Source of the DNA: Nymphaea colorata
Taxonomy: Eukaryota
Direction of reading: 5' to 3'
Assembly: GCF_008831285.2 (NCBI RefSeq)
Contig: NC_045138.2
Span: forward strand, 32,674,001 to 32,738,000
DNA length: 64,000 nt
A model generated the notes under the pieces. That model was not told the DNA's origin, did no database searches, and was given only the letters and a program-made list of their open reading frames with translations. Both the position numbers and the translations under genes were made by a program. Shown here piece by piece: positions 1 to 14,900 of this stretch; within the stretch, counting starts at the first letter, position 1; the number at the start of each line of letters is the position of its first letter.

Positions 1-226
1 TTAGCCCACAGATCTAGATACCTCTCGACAAACAGAAAGTTTGATTAGGAGCTGACCTGCTCTCTAATTCTAAAATAGTTTCTACTTCTTATTTTTACAT
101 GATCTCTGATCAAAATCATGTTAGGGAAGCCAAGTACTTGTACTCCATCCTTTACGGTCAGTCCTGCTAACCATCTCATATGGCCTTTCAGTGCCGAACT
201 CAAATGTGGGTGAACATGGTGACGAG

Positions 227-478
227 CAGTGGCGGAGTTATGTTGTAGCTGGTGTGGGCAATTGTCCACCCCATCTCACAAAATTTACTTTATTTATATA
301 TAAAAACTTCAACAATTATCAGTTTTTTTTTTTTGGCATATGAGTATCTCGCAAAATTTACTTCATTTATATATAAAAACTTCATCAATTGTCAGTTTTT
401 TTTTTGGCATATGAGTGTTAAAGTTTAAAAATTTTAACTTAAATTATCGTCAGCCAAAAAAATTCTGGCTCTGCAAGA
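227..478. mobile_element. Degenerate MITE-like element (GGCGGAG...TGGCTCYGC ends), same family as 17385-17560; contains an internal ~73-bp tandem duplication
   Basis: The 5' 'gctggtgtgggcaat' and 3' 'tcagccaaaaaaatt.tggct' motifs are shared with 17385-17560. No clear TSD. Confidence 0.5.
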
Positions 479-3061
479 GGGTAGGCTTCAGAATCAATGT
501 GAGGTACAACTTTAGATGGTTTCGCATCTGCTTTACCATGAAGGAGAAAATATTCAGAAACCAGGCTGCGTAACGATGCATTAGAAAGGTGAATTTGCTC
601 TTCGTGTTCCACTGTTCCTCTTGTGGGCCTGTAAGAAGACAACCTCAAGGGTACCTAATCCATGGCCATTCTCAGCAGTTGTACTCTCTTTCTCTTTAAG
701 TTAGACGCTGACATGCATGTGCATTCAACACTGCCAACGTGCAGTAAAGTGTGTGGTGCCTGATTGTCCACTTGTAATAAATAAACCACGTCTTGAATAG
801 ATATTTTCCCCATTTTTTCAAGCCCACCCCAAAACGAAAGTCCCCCTTTTCTGGATCAAATTCTCTGAAAGTTCCATTGTCAAAACACGCATTCCAGGCA
901 GTAGCCAGTGGACAGTAGATTGCCTCCAAATTCAAAACCTCATACTGTTTTGGCAGCTTCCTGAAATTTTTATTTATTTGGAGTCGTATCTATGTGCACG
1001 TGAAATTTGAAGGTGACTTTGGCTGAAGATTTAGATCTCATTCCTTTAACTAGATGGACCCGGTAAAATGTATCTTGAGAGAACTACTTATCCAGCTATT
1101 CTTGCCAGTGGATAGTAAATTGCCTCTAAATTAGGCATATCTGATTGTGACCTGTAATTCGTTTACAATATGTGTGACCTGAAGTTTTGGTCCAAGCTGC
1201 TTAACCGAATATCATTAAGTTTAGATTTTATTTTTAGGATGAACATCTTATGGTTGCCAACTGAAAATAGTTTTACAGGAAATTTGAAGCATTCGTACAA
1301 TATGGGCATTGAATCTCATATTTTTTCCTTGCTGGGTTTAATTTTGCCAGGTCGATTAACGTATTATTTGGTGGACTGCTGATGCTTCTGCAGGATGACC
1401 CACTGTCTTAAGTTCCAGCTGGACCAGTGGTTGATGAGGAAGGTCTGAGTCATTTTCCATGAATCAGAAAATGTTCTCTAACATAGATATATGTTAATAT
1501 AAGTTTCCGACAAAAATTAGTGACTGCAGTTTTTAATACAGAACCACAGTTGAACTTCCCATAAGTTTTCAATATCTTGATGAGCATATGAGCTGGGCTT
1601 GATTCTATACTTGCAACCGGGACCGATTTCATTTTTTCCGACCATTCGTTTTTGAGTTTATTAAATTTCATTGAACTATTGGAATGGTTTCCAGAGACTA
1701 CAATCTGTTAGGAGTTATTATGGGCCTGATGATGGCTTTGATGCAGACAAGAAATCGGAGCCCATGTCCATTCAGCAAGGATCTTGCTTACTATCGTCCT
1801 TATGTGAATACCGGTCTGACCTTGTTTTGGCCCTTAAAAGCTAACTTCTTGAAATCCACTTCCAGAGTTCAGAGGGAAGAAAGAAAAGGTGACCAAGAAC
1901 ACAGCGGTGAAAGTCTCAACGGCCGTTAAATGGAGCTGAAACAGTGTGAGAATTCTCATTTCAACATCGTAAATAGTTCCAGAAAACTTTTTATAATTTC
2001 ATGAATGGTTAGTGGTTCACATCAATAGTTCAACTTACCCCAAAATGAAAATGCCGTTTTAAATTCTCACCTCATTCGTGAACTACAGGCGTGTTAGCAT
2101 CTGTAAAACCAAAGAAGCCATGATATTTCTGAAAGATTTCCTAAAGCGGGCATGAGCGAGAGAGAGACAGAGGGAGAGAGAGAGAGAGTGGTGCATAGAC
2201 AGTCCTTTGGTCTCTCTGCCATCCCTCTTCTGCCTATCTGCAAATAAGCATCAGCTATGGATAGTGCAGATCAAGAAAGTCGAAGCCACTACTTATATAG
2301 CTTTACAGAAAGAATGCTAAAATGAATAAGGGAATAAAATGCAGGTGGGTTTAGGCAAAACGCGACAATGATATCACGAAAGAAAGAAGCACGAAATTAT
2401 TTTGGGAAGGCATTGCAAGAAGCATTTCTTCGTCAAGCGGGCCCGACCATCATCACACAGAGTTCCTTTTCTCCCTCTTACTGCTTTTCACCCACAGATT
2501 TGGACAACTCTCAACAAACAGGAATTGGATTTGGAGCTCACCTGCCCATTAAGTCTAAGATAGTTTCTGCTTCTTATTTTTACATGATCTCGTATGAAAA
2601 TCATGTGGGGACTCGTGTAAGGAAATGAAGCGGAATGGCAAGTACTTATATCTATCTTCCAATGGTGCCGTTGCTGGTCCATCTTGGTTGATCCTGCTAA
2701 CCATCTTGAAAGGAAGGTAACTACGCAATTTTTATGCAGTTATATTCTAGAAATTGGTGTCTTGAAATTGTTAATGAAAGTTTAACGGTATGTATAGCAT
2801 GAACTGAAAGATAAATTTTGTCTGGTTTAATTTTCTTTTACTGATTGTATAACAGAGGTGTTGTAATTTACTGCAACTATATGATGTGGTTGCCCTGTAC
2901 AACATGTATCCTTAATATCGAGGTATTGCATCTCTCGTCATATGACAACCAAGAGAGGACATAAACTTTTACCATGACTAATTATTATCAATTCAATGGA
3001 TATGACACAAAAGTTAAAACAATTCACTACCGCATTAATTTCAAGTAGTTTTCAACAATAT

Positions 3062-4464
3062 TCACTCCACTGACTTTAGTTTCAAAAATTTTTGAACAAT
3101 CTGTTCTTGTGACAGATCAGTGAAGTAACCCATCTCTACACTCATTCCTTCTTCCTTCGCCAGCCTCTCCACTTCTCTCTGTACTCTTTCTCCTCCAATT
3201 CTGCTGGGATCCAGAAGGTTACAGGCAATCTCCAACCTCTCCTTGCCATGCAATAGTGCCATGGCCTGCACCCCAGGCAGTCCTCCATTTCGTCCGCTGA
3301 CTTGTCGTGCAATCCTACGAGCGGCAGCTATGTCTGTCGACAGAATTGGCACATTGTAGTTATCGACCCATGTTGTTGCACCAACAAGTGTGATGCCCTT
3401 TGCACGATCCAAATGAATAGGACCCTCATCCGGCTTCAGTGCCATAGAATCTGAAGCTGCCCATCCTACCCACTGATTGTCCACAGAATTGGGCTTGAAG
3501 TAACCTAATTGCCTTCTAATATGGTCCAGCGGTCTGCCCTCTTGATGAGCTGCTCCGTAGAGGAAGGTTGTTACTGCAAATTGAAAGAGTCTAACAGCCT
3601 TAAGATGGAAAAAAGGCACCCAAATTCAACGAGACTGGACTCTCGGACACAGTCACTAGCATAGCAGAAATTTGGTGAATTTCATGAAACCTGCAGGTTT
3701 CTCATAGTAGCAGAGAAAAAGTTCAAATGCTGCTACGAGCTCAAAATATACATAGTAGCACAAATAACCAGAAATTATCATGAGACTTACAAAAATGAAC
3801 ATCTAATTACTTTATTCTTTTGATATAGTTTAGTTCTTTACCTCTGATTCATTGTTTCTGACGGTATATTATCATAAGGAAATTCCTGCTCTTTCTTGTC
3901 CGTTTTTTTTTCTTTCGTTTCCCACAAGATTTTAACCGACCACAAAAAAATCTTTTTCTGAAGAAAACTTCCCAACAAGTCCTAGCCTAAGATTTCAGAG
4001 AAAGCGGTTCCTAAAATAATAGGGTAACACCCAAAAAATTTTGAAGAGAGCTGCTTACGTTGGAGGTTGCCGCCAAAATTGGCCGCCAGATTTTTAGCAA
4101 GTTGAGCCGCAACATCTATGGAAGCCTGCCCCAGAGGATGAAAGCATACGTGATCAACCACTCCAAGGCGTGGATGAGTTCCGGAATGTGATTCCAAATT
4201 GATGGCCTTCAGTGCAGTCTCCACCATTGCATACGCTGCTTGCTGCAGAGGGCTGGAAGCAGCGCTGCCAGCCGAGGCCTTGTCACGAGCAACATCAGAA
4301 ACGAGCGTGTAACCAACTCGATTGTAAGCACTATCTTCAAACTTGTTAACAATGGCAGCTTCAGGGTGAAGTGTGGCAGCTCTTTCAATAGCCTCCAAGG
4401 CTCTGGCGTTTCTGCTCTCCGAAATATAGATCTTGCAACAGGCCAATATGCATTGCTTCATCAT
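3062..4464 (-). CDS. Glutamate formimidoyltransferase / formiminotransferase (FTCD N-terminal-like) protein, 305 aa; exons 4464-4059, 3573-3062
   Basis: Motifs CCKIYISESRN, YNRVGYTLVS, HPRLGVVDHVCFHP, GGLPGVQAMAL and EIACNLL. A phase-1 GT-AG intron joins the two ORFs in frame (GNLQ-L-TTFLYGAA). Confidence 0.9.
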
Positions 4465-7400
4465 TTTCTTCTTCCTCAAAAGAAAGACCACCGAACAGAT
4501 GAGAACAACTTGCTATGGGCCACAGATTCTATTTTGGTGCCGGAGCAACCTCCTTATCGTTACGAAAAAATATCATATTTTAGGACCAAAATAGCCTTTG
4601 ACCATGGCTGGTGGTGAAAAACGGGAAACAGTATAAGAGTTACAATCTAGAAGTGGTAGCTTCAAACCTTTCAGTTGGCTTGAAAGCAAGAAACAAGAAA
4701 GAAGCTACGCAAAGAATCAAGATAAGAAGAGAAATATGAACTGTCAAAATTTAAGAACAGTGACGTTCATGCATGCCAATCTGCAGTAAAATGTCCTTGA
4801 GATTTTATAAATTGGAATCAGGCTTGGCCCATTCTTCTTCTATTTGTCAAGAAGTAAGGTTCCTTCTTACACCACCAAGTGATTAAGCGAATCACATTGT
4901 TGAAAATACATAATACCAAGTTCTTAGACCAGAGGTTTGCCTTCAGACTCCGATGTTTGCTAATGAGAAGATTTGGACAAGAGAATCATTTGATTCCTGA
5001 CTTTCAGCAGACAAAGCCATCTTTTCCTATCAAATTGTTCCAAATATCGAAACTTTTCTCTAAAAAAGTATTCTGTTGTCTGAAATCAACACCTTCACAG
5101 CCCAGGTGGACTTGAGCCGTAAATGGACAAGCAACATAAATCTTCAATTTTTAAGTGGAGTGAGATGCCAAACTGATTTGTTTATGCGTGTTCAAATACA
5201 GATATCTCTTAAGTTGGTGCTCGAAGATCGGGCATTTCACGACTGAATCCGCCGTTTCCTCACGATCTCACAAACTCAGGGGAAGATCCTATCTGGGTAC
5301 TCAGTGGAACATGACAGAACAGCAAACTCCTCCACCATTTGAGCCAGACTTTGAGATCCACCTGCTTTATTTGCTCATCCCCGAAGCCAGAGGCCAATGC
5401 CTTGCCGTATACCGTTTCGTACTCTTGCTGAATAGGGCGATAGATGAAGGTCGGCTAGGAGATGAGCACGCCCTACCATGGCAAACTGCCAGAGGAGGCA
5501 GAGGACGAGAGATAAAAGAGGAGGGACGGCCTTTTCTCCTCTCTTGCTCCGTAGATGCTTTGTGCCCCTCGACCGTATCATAAGCCGTCCCTTCACCTCC
5601 CAAGGAGGAACCCTTTTGGTCGATGAATTTTCATTTCACGGCCAGCTTTTTCTTTATAGGTCTCGTTGCGGATCCATTTCAGGAAAATTCCTGAGTCCAC
5701 TTCAATCTCATAAAGAAATTGACCTGAAAGGCTCGATTCAGTCAGCTTACTCGGAAGAACCATACTTCCAGTCTTTGGTTCTGATTAAGATGAGCATCAA
5801 GTGGACAGCCCAAAGTCGACCAATGATTCTGTCCATTTGGTTGAAACTTTCATTTTCTACCTGCCCTTCACGGGTGCAGACCCGCATTCAAATTCGTGGT
5901 CTACTTCTGAATTTGAATCAAGAACCCAAATGAATTACGGATCATCAGGTCCAAATAGAATTCCTCATTGGAATGTATTGGATTGGTAGTTCGTATGTTC
6001 AAATATGAGTTGATTTTCTGAACAAGGTGTCATGGAAAAACCTGGCAATTTTTTACGTGGGAAATTTTGTGTAGTTAAGGAACTTTAGGTACCTAGAGTT
6101 TTCATAGATGTAATAGTTCTCTCTGGGAAGAATTTGATTGGAGCAGGTTATATGATCTACTTGTTATGGGCTGGAAGCAACCAAAACATTCCCCTATGAG
6201 GGCAAAAATCAAATCTGACAAATTTTTTCTCATGAAATTATGAAAATACCCATTTGGTAGGCTGACAATTTTTTCCTCATGAAATTAAGAAAGTACCCAT
6301 TTGGTAGGAGGTGGGAATATGTTTTCTCATGTTAGCGAGATGACATGGAGAGCTGTCTAGAATTCAATTGGTTTGAGGGCCATGTTGCGTACGTCTGATT
6401 TGTATGGCACAATTAAAACTGTAAATCGATCAGACTTGGGTGAAATTAACTGTTTAACATATCCAATTTAGTTGAATCTTTGTTTAATGAAAGACATTAA
6501 ATGTGGATGGAAAGGGGAGGCCCATACCTTCCGTCCCCAGACTCCAACCGATGACTTTTTGACTCAGATTGGACGTATATAGTTTCCCCTGTTCGCGACG
6601 GCAGCGTGCTCTTCGTGGGAAGATTTGTATCCGCACATCGTAGTTGAGGTCTCTCCGATGATCTGTCCCTGTTTATGTTTTCCCCTCTCTCTTTTTTTCC
6701 CAGTTTTGATAATTTTTTTCCCAAGATTTATGTTGTTGGTTCGCTCCCGTGATTCTAGTTTCTCCATTTTTCCAGTTCAGTGATGCATTGATTCATTCAA
6801 TCTGTTTCGCTCCGTCAAATACTGGGACTGATCACTTGTTTATGTGTGGAGATGACTGAAAATTAGGGTTTAAGGTTTTTGTCTTCTTGAATTTAACTGC
6901 TTTTGTTGAGACTGTATAATGCTAGTTGCTTGATGATATTTGAGCTATCGTTACTGATCGTGCTCATGATGCATCCGATCCAAAAGACGGGTTTTTTTCA
7001 GGCGTCTGTTTTTTTTTCACTGCTTGCTACCTGTGAGCTGGATGGGGATATGAATGGATGAGCCCTTTTGTTTCTTCATTGGTTCGGTTACGCAATTTTC
7101 AGTTTGCTAGTGGTTCTTTTGAAATTCACGTGTTATCTGAAGCTTCATGGTTTGCGTGATTATGTCCTTTTTAGTTAACGGGAAAATGTAAGTTGGATTT
7201 GTTTAGCTGGTTGCCCATTGAGTTTCCGGCCTTCATTAGGTGTTACCTGTACCTCTTAAGTGCCAACAGTTAGAGGCCTTCTCTCGGCCACGAAACATAT
7301 TCAATGATTCGCTGCCCAACCAGATGGAAGAAGTGATTGACTGAGTTGCCGATAACTTGCCTACCATCATTAGCTTCCTCAATTATGTGGGAGGAAGTGC

Positions 7401-7741
7401 TCCTTCCACCTAAGAGAATCTGGAATCTGTTGTATTCATTTCTAGATTTTAGAGATTATTACTTTTTGGAGTTTCTCAACTTGAGTTCATTATATTTGCT
7501 CGTAGAAAAAAAAAATGATAGTTGGTTTAGTACCTGAATGTGTGAACAGTCCTTGTTTCTTTGACATTATGCCTTACAAGCATAGATCATGTTTTCTCCT
7601 AATGTGGATATTTATAATGTCTTAAGAAAATTTTGTTATCTTCATATGCGACTCCTCAGATCTTTTCAATATGTTTGAGTTCTCATAGTCGTTTTGTTTC
7701 TCAACAGGGATCTTCTGTTGTAAAATTTTCCCTATTGCAGG

Positions 7742-10188
7742 ATGGATATAACACAATTTGATCCCAGGACCCTGACTCTTCTGGGGGCAGGAACTTGTGT
7801 GATGCTAAGTATGCATTTCACAGTCCAGCTGCTATCACAACATCTCTTTTACTGGAAGAACCCAAAAGAGCAAAAGGCCATTATAATAATCATACTTATG
7901 GCCCCCATCTATGCACTTGACTCTTTTGTTGGCCTGGTCGATATTCAAGGAAGTAAACCCTTCTTCACTTTCCTTGATTCAGTTAAGGAATGTTATGAAG
8001 CACTGGTAAGTGCTAATTATGATCTTGTTATCAGATTGCTTGCAAGATATCCTCATGACTCTCATTAAATTTAATCATGGAAACAATTTTCAGGTGATTG
8101 CAAAGTTCTTGGCCTTGATGTATAGTTATCTAAACATATCAATTAGTCAAAACAGGGTGCCAGATGAGATCAAAGGAAGAGAAATTCACCACTCATTCCC
8201 AATGACCCTCTTTCAGGTATGCTTGTATTACTATTCAACAAGCATATGAGCTACTTATCAATCACTGAAATCTTGTATGCACTAACTTTAGCTTTATCAA
8301 TCATATACGATACAACTGTTTGTGCTGGGTGCTATTAAAGAAAACATATGCATATGCCTGAGTACCTCGCCAAGCTTTAAGTCTAAGTGCCTAATTTTGA
8401 GTGAATGCAGCTTTTTATAATCACTAGTTGCTGCCTCGGCCTCCCATATCACACCCATCATTCTCCATCTTTTGTCATAGCTTTCATGTTTTAACTTCTG
8501 CTGAGGTGTATGATGTCTAGTTTCTTTGCACTTACTAATATATCCTCAACTGCAGCCACATGTGGTCCATTTGGATCATTATACATTAAAGCTTCTCAAG
8601 TACTGGACCTGGCAGTTTGTCATTATCAGACCTATGTTCTCCATTTTGATGATATTGCTACAACTTCTGGGGCTGTACACCAGCTGGGTCAGTTGGACAG
8701 TTACAATCATATTGAACATCTCAGTGTCCCTGGCACTTTATTCTTTGATGGTGTTTTATCATGTATTTGCAAAGGAATTGGCACCTCACAGGCCTCTCTC
8801 CAAGTTCTTGTGCATCAAAGGGATTGTCTTTTTTTGCTTTTGGCAGGTACTGTTCCCTCCAAGTATTTCCCTTTTTTTCATCTAGTTAGTGTTGCTGGTA
8901 AGTACACTTACAATTTTGCAACTGAATTGCGGTTTTTCAAGTGCCCGTCATGTAGTTACTTGGCATTGAATACCAAGCTATCTGGCCATATCATGATTCA
9001 TGAACATATTTTAGCATTTGATGTTTGGATCCTGGTAGTTTAAGTACCTATGTTTAGGAACCAAATCACCCTAGAGACCTTGATGAATTTGGTGTGTATG
9101 TGTAACCTGATTCTAGATATCAGAACAGCCTCCACTTTTTTTTTTCAAGCCTAAAAGGAGAGATAAGAAAAAGTGTATATGAAATAGAGCGACAATCACC
9201 AATTCACCAAAGATGAAAAATAGAAAAGGCCCTAGATTTATGGCCAAGTGAAGGTCCTTTCTGAGACCTGCTCAGGACAACTAGCAGTGAACATAGGGGT
9301 ATTTCAGGATCCAGGTGGTTTATGTGCCTAGTTTCACTCACCACAATTAGCCTTTTCTACTCTTGAGTAACTACATGTGATGGGACCAGAAATGGGAAAA
9401 TTTTCCTGACAAGCTCGAACAATTCAATGGAACTCAGCAGCTGTGATAATTTCTGAAGATATTGTCATCTTTCAGTTGTTAAAGGACTCTGACAACTTGG
9501 ATCTTTCAACTGAATCCATGGTTGAGATGGTAAAAATTCTTCTCTTACTGCAACTTAATCACAGTTCAAGCCAATACAACTCTGGGTTACATGGGAGCTA
9601 AAGTTTAGTTTCCTCTGATCAATAAACTTCAAATGATCATGGTACCAAAAAGTTTTCAGATAAAATTGGAAATGACTTGTAAATTATGCTCGATTAGGTT
9701 TCTTGCTCATAACTTGTTAGCAGGCACTTCTACCCTTGAAATAGGATTGTTTCAAACATCACCACTCTGGTGGATACCATGTCTCTTCAGCCAACTCAAG
9801 AATGTTAACTGCCATTTGAGCCCATAATTTCCTGTTGCGAACTGTGTGTTTTCAAATTTTATTTTCTTTTTAGTGCCAATAGGTAAATAGTTCAAACTTC
9901 AAAGAGTTAGTCAGTTGAAGGTTAAAACTTATTATGTTTATTTTATTATATCTTATTGGGCTTTATACTATCTATTGCCAGGGTATCGTAATTGAGATAT
10001 TGGCTGCCGTGGGTGTCATAAAATCTCACCATTTCTGGCTGGATGTTGAGCATATTGAAGAAGCATTTCAAAACGTTTTGGTATGCCTAGAGATGGTCGT
10101 CTTCTCTCTTATCCAGCAGTATGCATATCCTGTTGCTCCTTACAGTGGAGATATGCCCGGAAGACTGAAATCAGGGAAAAAAGACTAA
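7742..10188 (+). CDS. TMEM184 / organic solute transporter OST-alpha-like (DUF300) membrane protein, 294 aa; exons 7742-8005, 8094-8216, 8556-8846, 9982-10188
   Basis: Four phase-0 GT-AG exons give a continuous multi-TM protein with KECYEALVIAKF, KFLCIKGIVFFCFWQG and QNVLVCLEM motifs. Confidence 0.92.
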
Positions 10189-11937
10189 ACAAATCTGTTC
10201 CCTTTATCTCTCCTGTACTCGTCGTTTTCCTTCTTGTATGTTCTTGGCTGACATCTACATGTGATGCTACTAAATTTTCCTTTCCCTTTGTTCTCATGAA
10301 CGTTTGTACTCATAGTGTTGTACTGAGTTCGACGCCGGCCGAAAATTTTGTTATGATTAATGCAATGGAACAGGAACACTCTCTCTCTCACACACACACA
10401 CTTTTCCAGTCACAGGAACTCAGCGCGGCTCACACACATGCTCGAAGGCGGGTGGTGCATTTGTATGGCTCAGCATGAAAGCGTGTCGTCCGCACCTGAG
10501 ATTGTCTCCCTAGACTTTAAACTGTCTCAATTCGGCTCCAAAGCTCAACTAGTAGTAGGGCTGCCATCCAGTTGATTGCCTCAATTCGTGTTTGTGTGTG
10601 TCCATGCCATTTTTCGGACAGTTTCACATAAATGTAAATTCCGCACAATAAATTCTAGCGGTGCAAATTCTGCCGGATGAGATATCTAATTGTTTCATCC
10701 ATCGGGTAGGGATATGTTTGAAGAACAGAAGGAAAAAATTGTCGCCTTTTGGATTGGGAAGATTGTGACATGAAACATATCCAATCTTCAGAATTTTGCA
10801 GGACCAGATCTTTTATCTTATTTTAATACATGCTGCCACAAGGGACACGGCTATCGGTACCAGAAGATTGCGTAGATAAGTCTCTGTCTCTGTCTGTCTC
10901 TCTCTCTCATGGTCTGGTTTTATAAGTTATTTGATATGGAAAAAGTACGAGAAAAAAATGTAAAGATTAAACGGTCCAGAATTTAGGAAATCTAAGTTCA
11001 TGGGATTTTGGATCAAGATAGAGCCTCGACAGCTAATAAATAGCAAAACCTTCAATGATCAATTAAAAATATTTCCCTGACGTGCCATTTTCAATTTTAA
11101 GTTTAATGTTGTCTTCCTTATGATGAAAAACATTGCCAAGGACTAGGTTGCTTACTATGACCAACCATGCAGAGTAGATGACAGATCACCCTGGCTTGTA
11201 CATGTCATAACTGTTGAAAAGTTGCCAATGGATCCAATGCTCACTAAGATCCATGAACGGTCAAGGGGTCAAGTGACAAGTCCTATATAGAACCCTCATA
11301 ACAGCCTCCATTAGGTTGATTTTCTTCTTTCTTTTTCTTTTCTTTCTTCTTTGTTTTTGACAGCGTTGGTAATTTGGTATGCTGTGTTTGGTGGCAGATT
11401 GGATCAGACGTAAGAATCTAGACTGGAACAATGAAATCCCCATCTCCTCTGCTGAAAAGGGTAAGCTCAACAATCTTTCTGTAAATCGTGTGCTTTTAGA
11501 GGCTCATGATGAAATCGTTAGGTTTTTTGTCGTGATTATTGTTTGCGGTTGTCGTTGCAAATATTTTCGTTCTCCCATTTTCCTTTTCTTTTTTCTGAAC
11601 TTATTTATCCAAAAATCGGATATGAAATAGATATTCATCCGTTTATTTTTTCTATTCTGAACTTACTTATCACCCATAACAAATAAAAAAATACCCAAAC
11701 AAGTACCAGATACTGCACATAAATTTTTAAAAAAATCTCAGGATATCATCGTATTTAACAACAGTCGGTATTTCTTGGCCACATAACAAGAAGCAAACTT
11801 CGGTACTCCAAAACTGCTACGAACTAAGAAGAGAGAAATCTACTCTGCCAACAAGCCTACAAATCCTGAGAGGCGACACCGTTTGTTGAAAACTCCACCA
11901 CCATGCGCTTCTGTAATCTCTGAAACGGTTCATAGTC

Positions 11938-14900
11938 ATGAGCACTCTCCAAATCTCCGCCCATTTCCCCGCAACGCGCGGACGGATCCCCCTCACCAAG
12001 AAAACCAGCCGTTACGGCGCCCAGTTTTTGCCTTTCCTCGCTAGAACAACGAGGGGATGCGTCTTCGTCGACACCCACCATGGAAACTGGAGTTTCTCCA
12101 GAGGAAGATGGTCTCCGTTTCACGACGGTAGGTTGCCGAAGAGAACGGGGCTTATAGTGGTGAGGGTTAACCGGGGTTTTGGGTTTAATGGTGGTGGTGG
12201 TGGCGGTGGTAATGAGAACACCAGAATTGTGGGAAATCTCATTTTAGCCATTGCGTTGACATATCTCACCATGACAGGCCAGCTTGGTTGGTTATTGGAT
12301 GCGATTGTTTCGTTATGGGTATGAAACTCTCTGGCCATTTTCTCTCTAGTTGATTCATCTAATAGGTTTTAGAGTGCAATCTTCATTATGTATTCATGGA
12401 ATTCGTTTTCCGATTCTCAAATCCATATACTTATTTCCTGCTTTACTTGTGGCTTGGTGGAATATGACAGGCTTCATCCTATAGCTTCAGTAGAAAACTC
12501 GATGCTTATAAAGAAAACAACTTGTGTACCATTTGTTCTTATGTTGGCCCTTCGCCAAGACTGTATTTTACTTTAACCTGTACTCCTCTTCATGTGTGCA
12601 CCAGTTGAACTTCTTACATGTCGTCTATTTGATAAGATAAGCACTTTGACTCGTTAATAACTTAATAGTTTTCAAGCTAAGTCCACGTAATCCTTTAGTT
12701 TACTCTCATGGTTTTCTACCGAAAGCACTATATTAATACAACTTTCTGCTTGTATCCTCTTAGTAGCCAGCAGATGGACATGGAGGTATACTTTCTTTTC
12801 TCTTTTTATTTTGGAAATTCCTGAGAGTAGCTAACCTAAATTTTCTTTCTCTTTTTATTTGGAAATTCCCGAGAGTAGCTAACTTAAGTTTATGCTCCTG
12901 ACCAACTATTTACCTGAAATTAGACAATTACCTTCTTATCCTATCGTATGATGAAATATGCCATGTTTCTTCTCTACCGTCAAGCCTCTCCATGCTGTCT
13001 TATTTAGAATTCTGTAGCCAGTAAGGTGGCTTTCCTTCTATTTCACTTGATCCCCTCGTATAGTTTATTAAGGTTCTGTGTAGATTTACTTGCTAAAACT
13101 CAAAGTTCTAGGTTCAGAAAAGACAACAACGTTTTGTGCAATTGTGCTTGCTTCACAATGAATTTCATAGTTTCTTACATTTTATTCCTGTTACCTTACC
13201 ATGATGATTTAAGCCTTTCTTAAAGTTTAGATGATCTAAGATGAACTAGATCTGAAAGTATCGCCTCCTAAGGGCAAAATGCTTCACTAACAAATAACGG
13301 CCAACTGCCCTTGGATCTGAGGAACATATATTTTGTTCTGCAGAAAGGAATTCATATCAGCTTATACGTGCACCTAAGTACACAAACCTTAATTCTTCAC
13401 TGGTGTTGTTCGTAATATTTTCCTGTAAATTGTAAGCAAAACTGGTGAAGTTGGATCATCTTAGAAATCTTATACAAAGTTAGAGAAAATTACTGTATAT
13501 GAAGTGCAATACTGTATATGAAGTGCAATGTCATGTTCTCATTTAGACTTGCATATAATCACATTGCACTGTGTGTGCGTAAATCACTTTTCCCTGATTG
13601 GACAATTTGTCCATATGTGACCCATGTTTAGTATATGACACTATTTATTTTCTCATTACGTAAGTCGTAAGAGATTCAAGGTTATTGCTGAGGTAGGAAA
13701 AATACTAACTTGAAGCTAATTAAATGGAATTTTTGACAGATTGTTGTGGTTCTTCTGCCAGTTGTCGGAATAGGTGCTTTCTTGTGGTTTGCTGGACGAG
13801 ACATACTTCAAGGCAGTGTATGCTTTTTCCTGTAATATTCTCATTTATAGTTCATTTACTACCAATGTTGTCATTCCTATTTGCATCTATTCCTACCAAT
13901 GAGTTTAAGCCACAAGTTTTTTTTCTTAGAAAGAGACCAGTGGTTGTCTTGAATAAATGTCTTGGGTGTGAGGTTATAAACTTATAATGATAGAGAAAAA
14001 GGATACTTTGGTGAAGATGTTATCAACTTTTTTTTTTTTTACTATGAAGAGAATTTATTGTTTTTCAGTAAGGGTACTAGTGACATAGACACCTTTCCAA
14101 AGAGAGAAAAAAAAAACTCCTAAACAGTGTGTACATATGGTTTAAGTTTGGAGTATTGGTGGCCAATTCGCCATCATATGAAAGCTGAATGGTATGAGTA
14201 TAGTATTTTAGGTACCTCATTTCAATATTCATGTGGCATTAACTAGAAAGCCGTGACATCTACAAGTGTCACAACAGATCATTTTTTGCACATGCTGCTC
14301 TATGGCTTCTTTTTCATTTTCTTTTATATTCAACTGCAGTCAATCTGGGCCCGCCAATTACAATCAGAACACTTAATGAGAACCATAACCACAACCAAGA
14401 GAGATACTGTTGTTTACATGTTCTGCACTTTTATAGAGATCTTTGGAAGAAACGTATTACCTTATTGAAGACTTCTTTAAACACTATGTTATCAATATAT
14501 GAGCCTTCAACATCAGAGAAATGGTGCTTTGAAATGGTGGTTGGGTTGTTATGGATTTTATTTGTTTTGAGCAATATAATAGAATGATTGTTTCGTTCTG
14601 TTCTCATTTCCCCTTTTTTGGTACGTGCAGTGCCCCAACTGTGGAAATGATCTCCAGATATTTAAGTAAGGCATTGGCAATCAGCAGTTTCCCTCTGTTG
14701 ACTATGCTGTTTTTCCTTTACAGTTGATAAAACTACATATCAACACTTGTGCAGGTCATCTTTGAAGGATGGGCCTCAACTATGCCCATACTGTAGCCAA
14801 CCTTTTTCAGGTAACTACATTAGAACCATCATTCTGGAGAGGCGATTTGACCTTTCCTCTTTTCCATCCGTTTGGCAGCTGATTCATTCTTAAGTTGTAC

